64,000 nucleotides of DNA from Thermodesulfobacteriota bacterium (GTDB lineage: Bacteria > Desulfobacterota > Desulfobaccia > Desulfobaccales > 0-14-0-80-60-11): assembly GCA_040757175.1 (NCBI GenBank), contig JBFLXM010000080.1:213-64212 (forward strand), given 5' to 3'. Numbering within the stretch: the stretch's first letter is position 1; the number at the start of each line of letters is the position of its first letter. A program made the translations under genes and the position numbers. Below the pieces are notes generated by a model. The model worked only from the letters and a program-made list of their open reading frames with translations, was not told the origin of the DNA and did no database searches. Below, one piece after another: positions 27,001 to 34,464 of the stretch.

Positions 27001-27326
27001 ACCCGGAACTTGGCGGTGACCACCGCAAAGCCGGAGTCGGCCCGGGCATAGAGGTCCTCCAGGCCCTCCATCTCCCAGAGCTTTTTCTCCAGGTTGATGA
27101 CCACCAGGTTTTCCACTTCCTCCGGTGACGCGCCGGGGAAGCGGATAAGGATGTCCACCATGGGCACCTTGATCTGGGGGTCTTCTTCCCGGGGAGTATA
27201 GAGCAGGGCCGCGGCCCCGGCCAGCAGGCAGACCAGGATGATGATGGTGGGGAGCTTGGACAGCAGAAAAACCTTGACCAGGCGGGCGGTGAGGCCGAGA
27301 TGGAGGTTATTGGGGGGTTGGTCCAT
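24096..27326 (-). CDS. RND efflux transporter permease (AcrB/AcrD/AcrF family)
   Basis: 1076 aa; duplicated 6-TM plus large periplasmic loop architecture; follows the MFP and TolC genes. Confidence 0.9.
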   Translation of the reverse strand: MDQPPNNLHLGLTARLVKVFLLSKLPTIIILVCLLAGAAALLYTPREEDPQIKVPMVDILIRFPGASPEEVENLVVINLEKKLWEMEGLEDLYARADSGFAVVTAKFRVGENLETSLFKVYNQVWSNIDQVPSGVAGWVVKPMNINDVPIVTLTLYSDSADDYELRRVADELLHRLQNIPDTARSYVVAGRKRQVRVVADPARLAGHGLDLAAVAQAIEVSNVNLPAGHFSRREKEYLVEAGPFLKSAEEVANLLVGLHQGKPVYLRDVAQIIDGPEEPVELSRIAFGPAAEMESGLSRGEFYAAVTMAFAKRLGTNAVTVAAGLLEKVGELQKEIIPPNIHIKVTRDYGRTANEKVNELIRELLIAVLSITVLLTLFLGWREALIVALAVPLTLAITLMGNMMFGYTINRVTLFALILSLGLLVDDPIIDVENIHRHFQLRQHPPLEATLVAVDEVRSPTILATFTVIISFLPMFFVTGMMGPYMRPMPLNVPLAMLMSLAIAFTVTPWATYHFLKKEYGKEEKTFVLEDTWVYRVYTRIMTPLLESRRKSRLFLLTVVGLFCISVLLPVVGLVPLKMLPFDNKNDFLVVADLPNATPLEGTEAALQEFGGYLSTVAEVDNVVTYAGVNAPMDFNGLVRHYYLMQGPWVGQIRVNLAEKERRVADSHAICLRVRPALEEIARKHRVRLKIVEVPPGPPNLQTLVGEVYGPPGAGYASIMREAGRVQEFFLKTKGVVDVDTSGNTDQPRYRFLVDRQKAALSGLSQAQIAKGVAVAQAGEVVGRVHADPEREPLPIFLRWPQALRSSTLSLGQLYFKTPGGQLAPLQELGHFQQDLAPQPIMRKNLERLVLVTGDTAGLSPVNAVLDLMADSKREPPPPGFRVNYGGEGEWKVTVEVFRDLGIAFAGALIGIYILLVLQTASFTMPLVIMVAIPLTMIGVMPGFALLNLLFTRPVAGFANPIYFTATAMIGMIALAGIVVRNSIILIDFIHHHLERGYALEDAVLRSGAVRFRPILLTALAAMFGSWVITLDPIFSGLAWSFIFGLFASTLFSLVVVPVIFYLQAGRKTGRSPAAE

Positions 27327-27360
27327 AGATTTAACCGGTCAGGCTAAGTACATAACTTTG

Positions 27361-27595
27361 CTTTGAAAAGTTCAAAGTTCAAGGTTCAAAGTTTTTTTCC
27401 TCGTTCCCAAGTTGCACTTGGGAACGAAAATGGAGGCCAAGCTCAGCTTGGCCACTATTGCGTTCCCAAGCACAGCTTGGGAACGAGTAAAAAACCCTCT
27501 GGTGGGGCGGGCCTCCGTGCCCGCCGAGCAACAGGCGGCCAGAGACGGCCGCCCCACCAACTTGGAACCTGGAACTTGGAACTTGGAACTATTCT
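27361..27595. repeat. Mosaic intergenic element: octamer STR block, three REP-like hairpins, a nested GC hairpin, then a second octamer STR block
   Basis: (GTTCAA(A/G)G)x3 at 27369-27392; cgttcccaag-N5-cttgggaacg at 27401-27427 and 27461-27485; ggccaagctcagcttggcc at 27435-27453; ggtggggcgg...ccgccccacc at 27501-27558; (CTTGGAAC-type octamers)x4 at 27559-27590. Confidence 0.85.
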
Positions 27596-27611
27596 AACCA
27601 AATAACGCCCT

Positions 27612-28625
27612 TTATTCAGGCAGCATTATTTTATCCCCCGCCTGCAACCCCGCCAGCACCTCCACCTGCTCCCCCACCTGCCGTCCCAGCTTCACCTGGC
27701 GCCGGGTGGAACGGCCCTCCACCACCGCCTCCACCATGCTTAGCTGCCCCACCTGGCGCACCGCGGACCTAGGGATAAGAATACCCCGGGCCGGGGCCAA
27801 ACCCAGTTCCAGGCGGGCGAACATGCCCGGCACCAGTTCCGGGTTTTGGAGCAGGGCGGTGCGCACCTTGAAGGTGCGGCTCCCCGCCTGGCTGATGGGG
27901 AAGATTTCCGTCAGGGGCAGGTCCGCCTGCCATTGCAGCGCGGGCACGCTGACCCGGACCGTTTCCCCCAACTTGACCTGTTGCCGGTAACTGTCGTTGA
28001 CCTCCCCTTCGATCTGGAGCTTGCCGGGGTTATAGAGAATTACCAAAGGCTGGCCCGGCTGGGCCAGGTCTCCCACCGCGGTTTTGCGCTCCGCCACCAC
28101 CCCGGCCTCCGGGGCCTTCACCAGGGTATAGCCGCTCATGGTGGCGGCTTCCGCCGCCTGGGCCCGGGCTGTCTGGTAGCGGGCCTCCATGGCCCCGAAC
28201 TCCTGGGGGCTGACGGCCTCTTCCTTCAGGAGGCGCTGGTAGCGCTGATAGTCGGCCCCGGCCTGTTTAAGCTGCGCCTGGGCCTGGTTCAGCCGGGCCT
28301 GGTATTCCGCCGCGGCCAGGCCCACCAGGGGGTCGCCGGCCTTAACCCGGGAGCCCGCGTCCACCCAAACCTTGGCCACCCGCCCGGGGACCTGGGAGGA
28401 GACCTGGGCCAGACTGGCGGACATGACACTCCCCAGGACGGTGAGTTCCTGGGGGATGGCCGCTTCCTGGACGGTTATCACCCGGCCTGGAGTAGGCGGG
28501 GTCTTCAAAGCTAACGTGCCCGGCGTGATCTTGCCGAAATGCAGCAGCCCGGCCAGCCAGAGCATGAAGACCAGTACCCCGAGCACCAAAACTGCAAATC
28601 CGTAGAGTTTCTTTTTGGCCATCAT
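27612..28625 (-). CDS. Efflux RND periplasmic adaptor (MFP/HlyD family)
   Basis: 337 aa; N-terminal anchor; lipoyl/barrel motifs; coiled-coil 'ARLNQAQAQLKQAGADYQRYQRL'. Confidence 0.9.
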   Translation of the reverse strand: MMAKKKLYGFAVLVLGVLVFMLWLAGLLHFGKITPGTLALKTPPTPGRVITVQEAAIPQELTVLGSVMSASLAQVSSQVPGRVAKVWVDAGSRVKAGDPLVGLAAAEYQARLNQAQAQLKQAGADYQRYQRLLKEEAVSPQEFGAMEARYQTARAQAAEAATMSGYTLVKAPEAGVVAERKTAVGDLAQPGQPLVILYNPGKLQIEGEVNDSYRQQVKLGETVRVSVPALQWQADLPLTEIFPISQAGSRTFKVRTALLQNPELVPGMFARLELGLAPARGILIPRSAVRQVGQLSMVEAVVEGRSTRRQVKLGRQVGEQVEVLAGLQAGDKIMLPE

Positions 28626-28649
28626 AAGGGCGGAACCAACCCTAATGTA

Positions 28650-28726
28650 GTTTTCCGTTTTCCGTTTTCCGTAAAAGATTAAGAAAAACCTGCCACTTTC
28701 TTAAAGCTGATAGCTGATAGCTGACC
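28650..28726. repeat. Heptamer STR blocks (GTTTTCC)x3 and (GCTGATA)x3 in the TolC-MFP spacer
   Basis: gttttcc at 28650, 28657, 28664; gctgata/gctgacc at 28706, 28713, 28720, ending 1 nt before the TolC stop codon. Confidence 0.85.
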
Positions 28727-28727
28727 G

Positions 28728-30089
28728 CTATTTTTTCTTTTCCTCCGCCACCGGGCCGGAGATAGTGCCCAGGGCCAGGTCCAGGCCGGCCTGGGCCAGG
28801 TAGGTGTCGAACAGGGCCGTTACCTGCCCCAACTCCGCGTTTTTCAAGGCGTCTTCCGCGGTCAGGAGGTCCACCAGGATGGTGAGGCCCTCCTCATAGC
28901 GCAGGCGGATGAGGCGCAGGCTCTCCCGGGCGTGGGCGACCGCGGCCCGGGCCACCTGCAGGCGTTCATGGGCCGTCTTCAGGTTGAGGATGGACTCCGT
29001 CACCTGGTGCCGCACCCGGTCCTCCAACTCCCGCTTGAACTCCCGGGCCTGGGTCTCTTTGGCCCGGGTCTCCCGGACCCGGGCCAGGTCGGCCAGGCCG
29101 TTGAAGAGGTTGAGGTTGAGGAGGGCCATGACCGTGTAGCTGTCCGCGCTGCTGCCGAAGAGGCGGCGCTGGTCCACGTCGTATTCCGCCACCACCTTTA
29201 ACCGGGGGAGATAATTGAGGCGCGCCTTCTGGTATTCCTGTTGGGCCACCCGGGCCGCCAGCTCCAGGCGCTTCAGGTCCGGCCGCTTCTCCTGGGCCTT
29301 TTGCTGCAGGTCCGCGAGCTGCGGGGGCAGGGGCGCTGGTTCCCGGGGGGCCGGGGCCAGGTCCCGGTTACCCTCCCCGGGCCGGCCCAGCACCGTGCCC
29401 AGGGCGCTCTGGGCGATCTGCACCTGGCTGGCCGCGCTCAATTCTTCCTGGGTGAGGCGGGCCAGTTGCACCTCCGCGGAAAGGACGTCGGCCTTGATCA
29501 CCGAACCATCCCGGAAGCGGGCCTGGGCGATCTTCAGATGCCGGGCCGCGGTCTCCTTGGCCTGCCGTCTCACCCTAAAGCTCTCCCGGGCCAGTTGCAG
29601 GCCGAAATAGGCCTGGGTCACCTGGAAGAGCACCTGTTGGCGGACGCTGAGGACATAGGCCCCGGCCATCTCCTGGCCCAGGCGGGCCTGCCGGTACCCC
29701 AGATAGGCCTCCCCCGCCTGAAACAGGGGCTGGAACATGGACACCCCGGCCCGAAAATTACCGAAGGGCTTGGGGTTATTCAGATTATTGATGAGGAAAT
29801 CCTGCTGGGTAAAAACCCGCTGGTTCAACTTGCTCATGAACACCTGGGTGGGACTGTCGGAAAAGGTGTAGCCTTCGGTAAAGTTGACCTGGGGCAGAAA
29901 CCGGGCCCGGGCCTTGGCCAGGTCGGCCTCCGCGGTTTCCACCGACATGCCCGCGGCCTGAAGCCCCGGGTTGTGCTTCAGGGCCAGGAGCATGGCCTCC
30001 CCCAGGGTCAGGGACGGGGACGCGGCCGGGGCCATGCCCGTCCCCCAGCAGAAGAAAACTACTATGCAGATGGCGGCTAATTGGCGCAT
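28728..30089 (-). CDS. TolC-family outer membrane efflux protein
   Basis: 453 aa; signal peptide; two OEP repeats with typical coiled-coil heptads. Confidence 0.9.
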   Translation of the reverse strand: MRQLAAICIVVFFCWGTGMAPAASPSLTLGEAMLLALKHNPGLQAAGMSVETAEADLAKARARFLPQVNFTEGYTFSDSPTQVFMSKLNQRVFTQQDFLINNLNNPKPFGNFRAGVSMFQPLFQAGEAYLGYRQARLGQEMAGAYVLSVRQQVLFQVTQAYFGLQLARESFRVRRQAKETAARHLKIAQARFRDGSVIKADVLSAEVQLARLTQEELSAASQVQIAQSALGTVLGRPGEGNRDLAPAPREPAPLPPQLADLQQKAQEKRPDLKRLELAARVAQQEYQKARLNYLPRLKVVAEYDVDQRRLFGSSADSYTVMALLNLNLFNGLADLARVRETRAKETQAREFKRELEDRVRHQVTESILNLKTAHERLQVARAAVAHARESLRLIRLRYEEGLTILVDLLTAEDALKNAELGQVTALFDTYLAQAGLDLALGTISGPVAEEKKK

Positions 30090-30517
30090 AAAACCGCGGC
30101 CCCGGAGATTTTCCCTAAGATTTATTCACCATAGATTAAAACTTTAAACCCAAATGTCCAGTCCAAAGAGACGTAACCTGAGTTCTCTTTGGCTTTGTAA
30201 TGCCGCGGGGACGGCCCTGGTTTCTTAAGTCTGTGGCCTGCCTGTCTTTTTCACCCTAGTAATGCCACCAGTTTTTGCCCCAGCAATTTAATTTTTATAT
30301 TTTTATTAAAGAAATTTCGTTTATATTTGGTGGGATAGCTATTTTTGCACTCTCTTTTCTTCTCCCTCTATGAAATTCAACGGAAATGCCAGAAAAAAGG
30401 AGATTGGCAGCAGACCCGGAGAATTCCTGAAACTTCCCAAACCCCGGCCACTTATGGTTATGAACCTGAAATCATTAAATTATTGCTTCTGCCTGTAAAC
30501 CCAAGCCAGCACTAGCC

Positions 30518-31210
30518 TTGAAGGGCTCCGGCCAAGTGCCTGGAGGAAGGGTGAGTAATCTCAATCTGGCTTCACTCCCTTTGACCTGGAAGCTACCTAA
30601 AATTAATATGCCACTTCAGAATGCAAACCCCGCCATTTATTTCCATCCCCTGCGCAAAATCAGCGGACTTAGCCCTTGCAAGGACCATGGCAGGGCTGAC
30701 GGCGGCGCCTTAACATCCAGGGACGGTAAAAACCTACGGAGAGCTGACGTGGCTGCGGAGCGTTCCTTTGGGTCCTCTGATGCCAAAGGGCATTTGAGGG
30801 TTACCGGCAAGAAGGCCAAGACTGTTCTATCCCGCAAGTTCAGGGAGCACATTCTCATTATTGATGATGAGAAGAGGATGGTCCAAAACGGGCGGGAAGT
30901 CTTGGAAAACCTGGGCTATCGGGTCACCGGCCACACTTCCAGCAGGGAAGCCTTGGAAATGGTGCGGCGGCAACCCGGGAAATTCGACCTGGTTATCACT
31001 GATTTTATCATGCCGCAAATGAACGGCATCGAACTGGCCCAGGAATTGAGCCGATTGCGGCCGGATATGCCCATCATCCTTTATACGGCCATCAGTAAGG
31101 CGGTGTCCGCGGAAAAAGCCAAGCTCTTGGGAATTAAAGACTATTTGCTGAAACCCGTCACCGCCGGGGAATTGGGGCGGGCTATCCGCCGGGTGTTGGA
31201 TTCCAGATAG
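30518..31210 (+). CDS. CheY-like receiver-domain response regulator (start uncertain; possibly TTG 30794)
   Basis: C-terminal 125 aa 'HILIIDDE...DLVITDFIMPQMNG...LLKP' form a complete REC domain; the N-terminal ~95 aa of the ORF have no recognisable features. Confidence 0.6.
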   Translation: MKGSGQVPGGRVSNLNLASLPLTWKLPKINMPLQNANPAIYFHPLRKISGLSPCKDHGRADGGALTSRDGKNLRRADVAAERSFGSSDAKGHLRVTGKKAKTVLSRKFREHILIIDDEKRMVQNGREVLENLGYRVTGHTSSREALEMVRRQPGKFDLVITDFIMPQMNGIELAQELSRLRPDMPIILYTAISKAVSAEKAKLLGIKDYLLKPVTAGELGRAIRRVLDSR

Positions 31211-31393
31211 CTGGGAGGGGGTACTGATAGGCCGATAACCCAAGGGAGAGTAGGCCGTTTCTCTGCGGGGGGAGCAAAAGATTTAACGAATTGCTAATTA
31301 AAGATTAATGCTATCCCCGGAGGCGCCCGATAACTATCATAAGTTTCATGACCCCTCCAAGAAGGCCTGGGTTTCTCCGGAAACCCGGGCCGT

Positions 31394-31588
31394 TTATTTT
31401 TTGGCCCACATGAGCATCAGCCCCACCAGGATGAGACCGTAAGCCACCCCGTGCATCCAGCGCTGCTCCCGGAAAAATTTGGGGGTGGACGCTTGCCCCG
31501 ATTTCCGGGCCTGCTGGCGGCGCATGCCGGTCAACAGGAGGACCACCATGCCCACCAGGGCCAAGATCTGTCCTAATTCCACACCCAC
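31394..31588 (-). CDS. Possible small two-TM membrane protein
   Basis: 64-aa ORF with two hydrophobic helices separated by 'RRQQARKSGQ'; no homology recognised. Confidence 0.35.
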   Translation of the reverse strand: MGVELGQILALVGMVVLLLTGMRRQQARKSGQASTPKFFREQRWMHGVAYGLILVGLMLMWAKK

Positions 31589-31654
31589 TGGCGAATGATT
31601 CTCCCCTATTTACGGCTGATTTAATACCAGGTCGCGGCCAAACGTATATATTTT

Positions 31655-31713
31655 CGTAGGGGCGAATCTTGTATTCGCCCGGAGTGTGGGGGAACACAAG
31701 GTTCGCCCCTACA
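31655..31713. repeat. REP-like 59-bp palindromic element (GTAGGGGCGAA...TTCGCCCCTAC family), copy 1
   Basis: cgtaggggcgaatcttgtattcgccc...gaacacaaggttcgcccctacag; same architecture and orientation as 47506-47564. Confidence 0.8.
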
Positions 31714-31789
31714 GTTTAATGCCTTTTGATTGCGAATATGGCATTAAAAGCAGGATAGATCGACGCCCTTCAGGCCGGTTCCTGAAAGA

Positions 31790-31881
31790 CTGGCGGAGAG
31801 AGAGGGATTCGAACCCTCGGTGGAAGTTTCCCCCCACACTCGCTTAGCAGGCGAGCACCTTCGGCCTCTCGGTCATCTCTC
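31790..31881 (-). tRNA. tRNA-Ser(GCT)
   Basis: Reverse complement GGAGAGATGACCGAGAGGCCGAAGGTGCTCGCCTGCTAAGCGAG...long variable arm...GGTTCGAATCCCTCTCTCTCCGCCA; anticodon loop CTGCTAA; CCA encoded. Confidence 0.9.
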
Positions 31882-32027
31882 CGCTGGGCTTAAAAGAGCT
31901 TTGGATCAACTCCCCCGCGGCAGTAGTTTAAACTCTCCGGCCCGGCTCTGCAAGTACTTAGGGGCCAGTAGCGTTACATAAAAAAGGCCTTCCTTTGCAG
32001 AAAAGCCTCTAATTACTTGAACATACC

Positions 32028-32114
32028 TGGCGGAGGGAGAGAGATTCGAACTCCCGGACCTCATCGGTCTGCGGTTTTCAAGACCGCCGCCTTAAACCAC
32101 TCGGCCATCCCTCC
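32028..32114 (-). tRNA. tRNA-Ser(TGA)
   Basis: Reverse complement GGAGGGATGGCCGAGTGGTTTAAGGCGGCGGTCTTGAAAACCGC...GGAGTTCGAATCTCTCTCCCTCCGCCA; anticodon loop CTTGAAA; closely parallels E. coli serT. Confidence 0.9.
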
Positions 32115-32147
32115 GCGCTTCATTTTTAGCATCGGGGCCGGTGGCTG

Positions 32148-32945
32148 TCAATCTTGGGCCCCTAAGGCTTTCTTCAAGGTCTCCTTGAACTCCTGCACCT
32201 CCTCCTGGACTCCCGCCAGGATCTCCTTATAGCGGTAAAAGTCCAGGACCCGGATATTGGTCAACGCGGGTTTGACATAGATGGTAGGCGGCGAAAGCCT
32301 CTTTTTGGCGGCCACGATGGAGGCCTGCATAATCTGGAAGGTGGAAAGGATGCTTTCCACCATATTGGGAACCGGGTTCTGGGGGGCATAAGTCTTCTCC
32401 CCGGAAGCATCGAGGGCGATGGTCAGATCGCACTCCTGGCGGATGATATCATAAGGCAGGGGATTCACCGCGCCGCCGTCGATGAGCACCTTGCCGTCCC
32501 ACCGCACCGGTTCGAACAGCGCGGGCATGGCCATGGAAGCCCGGATGGCGGTGATCAGGCTGCCGCTGCTGAATACCACTTCCTGGCGGTTCCAGAAATC
32601 CGTGGCCACCACCTTCAAGGGGATCTCCATCTCTTCGAAGGTCCGGGCCGGAATCTCCCGGGAGAGAAACTCTTCCACGCCTTTGCCCTTGTAAATCGCG
32701 GAATTGCTGAGAATGGAGAAATCCAGGACCATCTTGTAGAGGTCCTTGAAGCCCAGGTCCTTGACCAGTTGCTCCAATTGCCTCCCGGAGACCCCCGCGG
32801 CATAAAACCCGCCGATGATGGCGCCGATGCTGGTGCCGGCGATGACCGCGGGCCGCACCCCCAGTTCATCCAGGGCCTGGAGAAAGGCGATATAGCTGAG
32901 TCCCTTGGCGCCGCCGCCGCCCAACGCCAGCCCTACCCTTGTCAT
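32148..32945 (-). CDS. Patatin-like phospholipase
   Basis: 'GGGAKG' oxyanion motif, 'GTSIG' (GxSxG) and 'DGG' catalytic Asp motif. Confidence 0.85.
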   Translation of the reverse strand: MTRVGLALGGGGAKGLSYIAFLQALDELGVRPAVIAGTSIGAIIGGFYAAGVSGRQLEQLVKDLGFKDLYKMVLDFSILSNSAIYKGKGVEEFLSREIPARTFEEMEIPLKVVATDFWNRQEVVFSSGSLITAIRASMAMPALFEPVRWDGKVLIDGGAVNPLPYDIIRQECDLTIALDASGEKTYAPQNPVPNMVESILSTFQIMQASIVAAKKRLSPPTIYVKPALTNIRVLDFYRYKEILAGVQEEVQEFKETLKKALGAQD

Positions 32946-33008
32946 AATCTCCCCGAACCTCCAGACAAGTTTAGAAGCTATGGTAAAACCTCGATTTAAA
33001 AATAAATT

Positions 33009-33078
33009 GTCATTCTGAGCGAAGCGAAGAATCTTGTCTTTTCAGATACCTAGACCCTTCGCTGCGCTCAGGGTGACA
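33009..33078. repeat. 70-bp inverted-repeat element (TGTCATTCTGAGCGAAGCGAAG ... CTTCGCTGCGCTCAGGGTGACA)
   Basis: 22-bp imperfect terminal inverted repeats (19/22) read directly; non-coding. Confidence 0.7.
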
Positions 33079-33118
33079 GAACAAAGGGTTTGGCAACAGC
33101 TTCCAGCAATTAACAGAG

Positions 33119-33224
33119 TTATACCATGTTCGCTTTGAAATGAAACAAACTAACGTGCTAACATATTGATATCACTCGTAGGGGCGGGTTTAAAACCCGC
33201 CCCTACAATGCGAACATGGTATTA
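33119..33224. mobile_element. MITE-like 106-bp element, copy B
   Basis: Perfect 13-bp TIR ataccatgttcgc/gcgaacatggtat; internal hairpin gtaggggcgggtttaaaacccgcccctac; about 92% identical to 11881-11986, same orientation. Confidence 0.55.
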
Positions 33225-33326
33225 TCTGTCAGAAAAACTACATTCCGTTAATTCGGATAATTCAATATAATATTAGCAGGAACATTCCCCGCTGAGAATC
33301 GGTTCTAGGAGCACTTCCCGAAAATT

Positions 33327-34310
33327 ATGAGCAAACATATACGCGGCCTGGGTCTCTTTTCCGGGGGGCTGGACAGCATGTTGGCGGCCACGGTCCTCCG
33401 GGCCCAGGGTCTGGACGTCACCGGCATTTTTTTCGTTACCCCCTTCTTTGGTCCGGACCGGGCCCGGCAGTCCGCGGCCCACCTGCAGCTTCCTCTGCTG
33501 GTAGTGGATATCACAGACAAATTCTTTCCCCTGATCTACGCCCCGCCCCACGGCTTCGGCCGGGGCCACAACCCTTGCATCGACTGCCATCTGCTGATGC
33601 TCCGGGAAGCCGCGGCTCTGATGGAGCCCGAGGGTTTCCATTTCCTGTTCACCGGCGAGGTCCTGGGCCAGCGGCCCATGAGCCAGCACCGGAATTCCTT
33701 GAACCTCATCGCCCGGCAATCCGGGGTCCAGGAGTTGCTGCTGCGGCCCTTGAGCGCCAAACTGCTGGCCCCTACCCGTCCGGAACTCCTGGGCTGGGTG
33801 GACCGGGAAAGGCTGCTGGACTTGAACGGCCGCAGCCGCAAGCCGCAGATAGCCCTGGCCGCGGCGTACGGCATTACCAATTATCCCGCGCCCGCGGGGG
33901 GGTGCCTCCTCACCGATCCGGGCTACGCCGCCCGTCTCCAGGAGACTCTGCGCCATCAAGGGGAGGTGTCCCGCCGGGACCTGGAATTACTGAAATGGGG
34001 GCGGCACTTTCGCCTGCCCGGAGGGGCCAAGGCCGTGGTGGGGCGCACGCAGCGGGATAATGAGGCCATGGAGAAACTGATCGAGCCCGGTGACAGGGTT
34101 CTCAAGGTCAGGGGCTATCCCGGCCCCCTGGTCCTGGTGACCGGCCAGACCCCGGCTGCCGATTTGGAGGTGGCCGCGGGCCTGGCCGCGGCTTACAGCG
34201 ACGCGCGTGCAGAAACCCCGGTGGACGTAACTGTCCAGGCCGGGGCGGAGACCGGCCTCATCCATCTGACCACCGCGCCCAAGGCGCGGTTTAAGGAGTG
34301 GCTGGTCTAA
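33327..34310 (+). CDS. PP-loop ATP pyrophosphatase, ThiI/MnmA-related (tRNA thiolation-type enzyme)
   Basis: 327 aa; PP-loop 'LFSGGLDS'; 'NPCIDCH' Cys motif. Confidence 0.7.
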   Translation: MSKHIRGLGLFSGGLDSMLAATVLRAQGLDVTGIFFVTPFFGPDRARQSAAHLQLPLLVVDITDKFFPLIYAPPHGFGRGHNPCIDCHLLMLREAAALMEPEGFHFLFTGEVLGQRPMSQHRNSLNLIARQSGVQELLLRPLSAKLLAPTRPELLGWVDRERLLDLNGRSRKPQIALAAAYGITNYPAPAGGCLLTDPGYAARLQETLRHQGEVSRRDLELLKWGRHFRLPGGAKAVVGRTQRDNEAMEKLIEPGDRVLKVRGYPGPLVLVTGQTPAADLEVAAGLAAAYSDARAETPVDVTVQAGAETGLIHLTTAPKARFKEWLV

Positions 34311-34313
34311 AGA

Positions 34314-34464
34314 GTTCAAGGTTCAAAGTTCAAAGTTCAAAGTTACATATACTGCTCTTGACGGTTGGTCATGATTCATGGGTTAAGCCGCTAAGCTAAG
34401 GTACTGTTGAACCATGCCCCCGCCTACACTAACCTTGAACCTTGAACTTTGAACTTTAAACTTT
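34314..34464. repeat. Inverted octamer-repeat arms (GTTCAAAG)x4 / (CTTTGAAC)x4 enclosing an ~86-nt core
   Basis: Left arm 34314-34344, right arm 34431-34464 (reverse complement); the right arm overlaps the last codons and stop of mpl. Confidence 0.85.

Noticed and set aside
27363-27605. Three overlapping 60-80-aa ORFs in the MFP-RND spacer, and similar ORFs at 45400-45645 and in the N-terminal extensions at 46607-46738 and 38700-38741
   Set aside because: They are open only because they consist of tandem repeats and palindromes, and their translations are repeat-derived (e.g. 'FKVQSF', 'KGKRGKGEKGK'). The true gene starts are fixed by homology.
31790-32114. Long-variable-arm tRNAs as possible tRNA-Sec
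   Set aside because: The anticodons read GCT and TGA (both serine). tRNA-Sec requires TCA, and the acceptor and T arms have standard 7/5 geometry.
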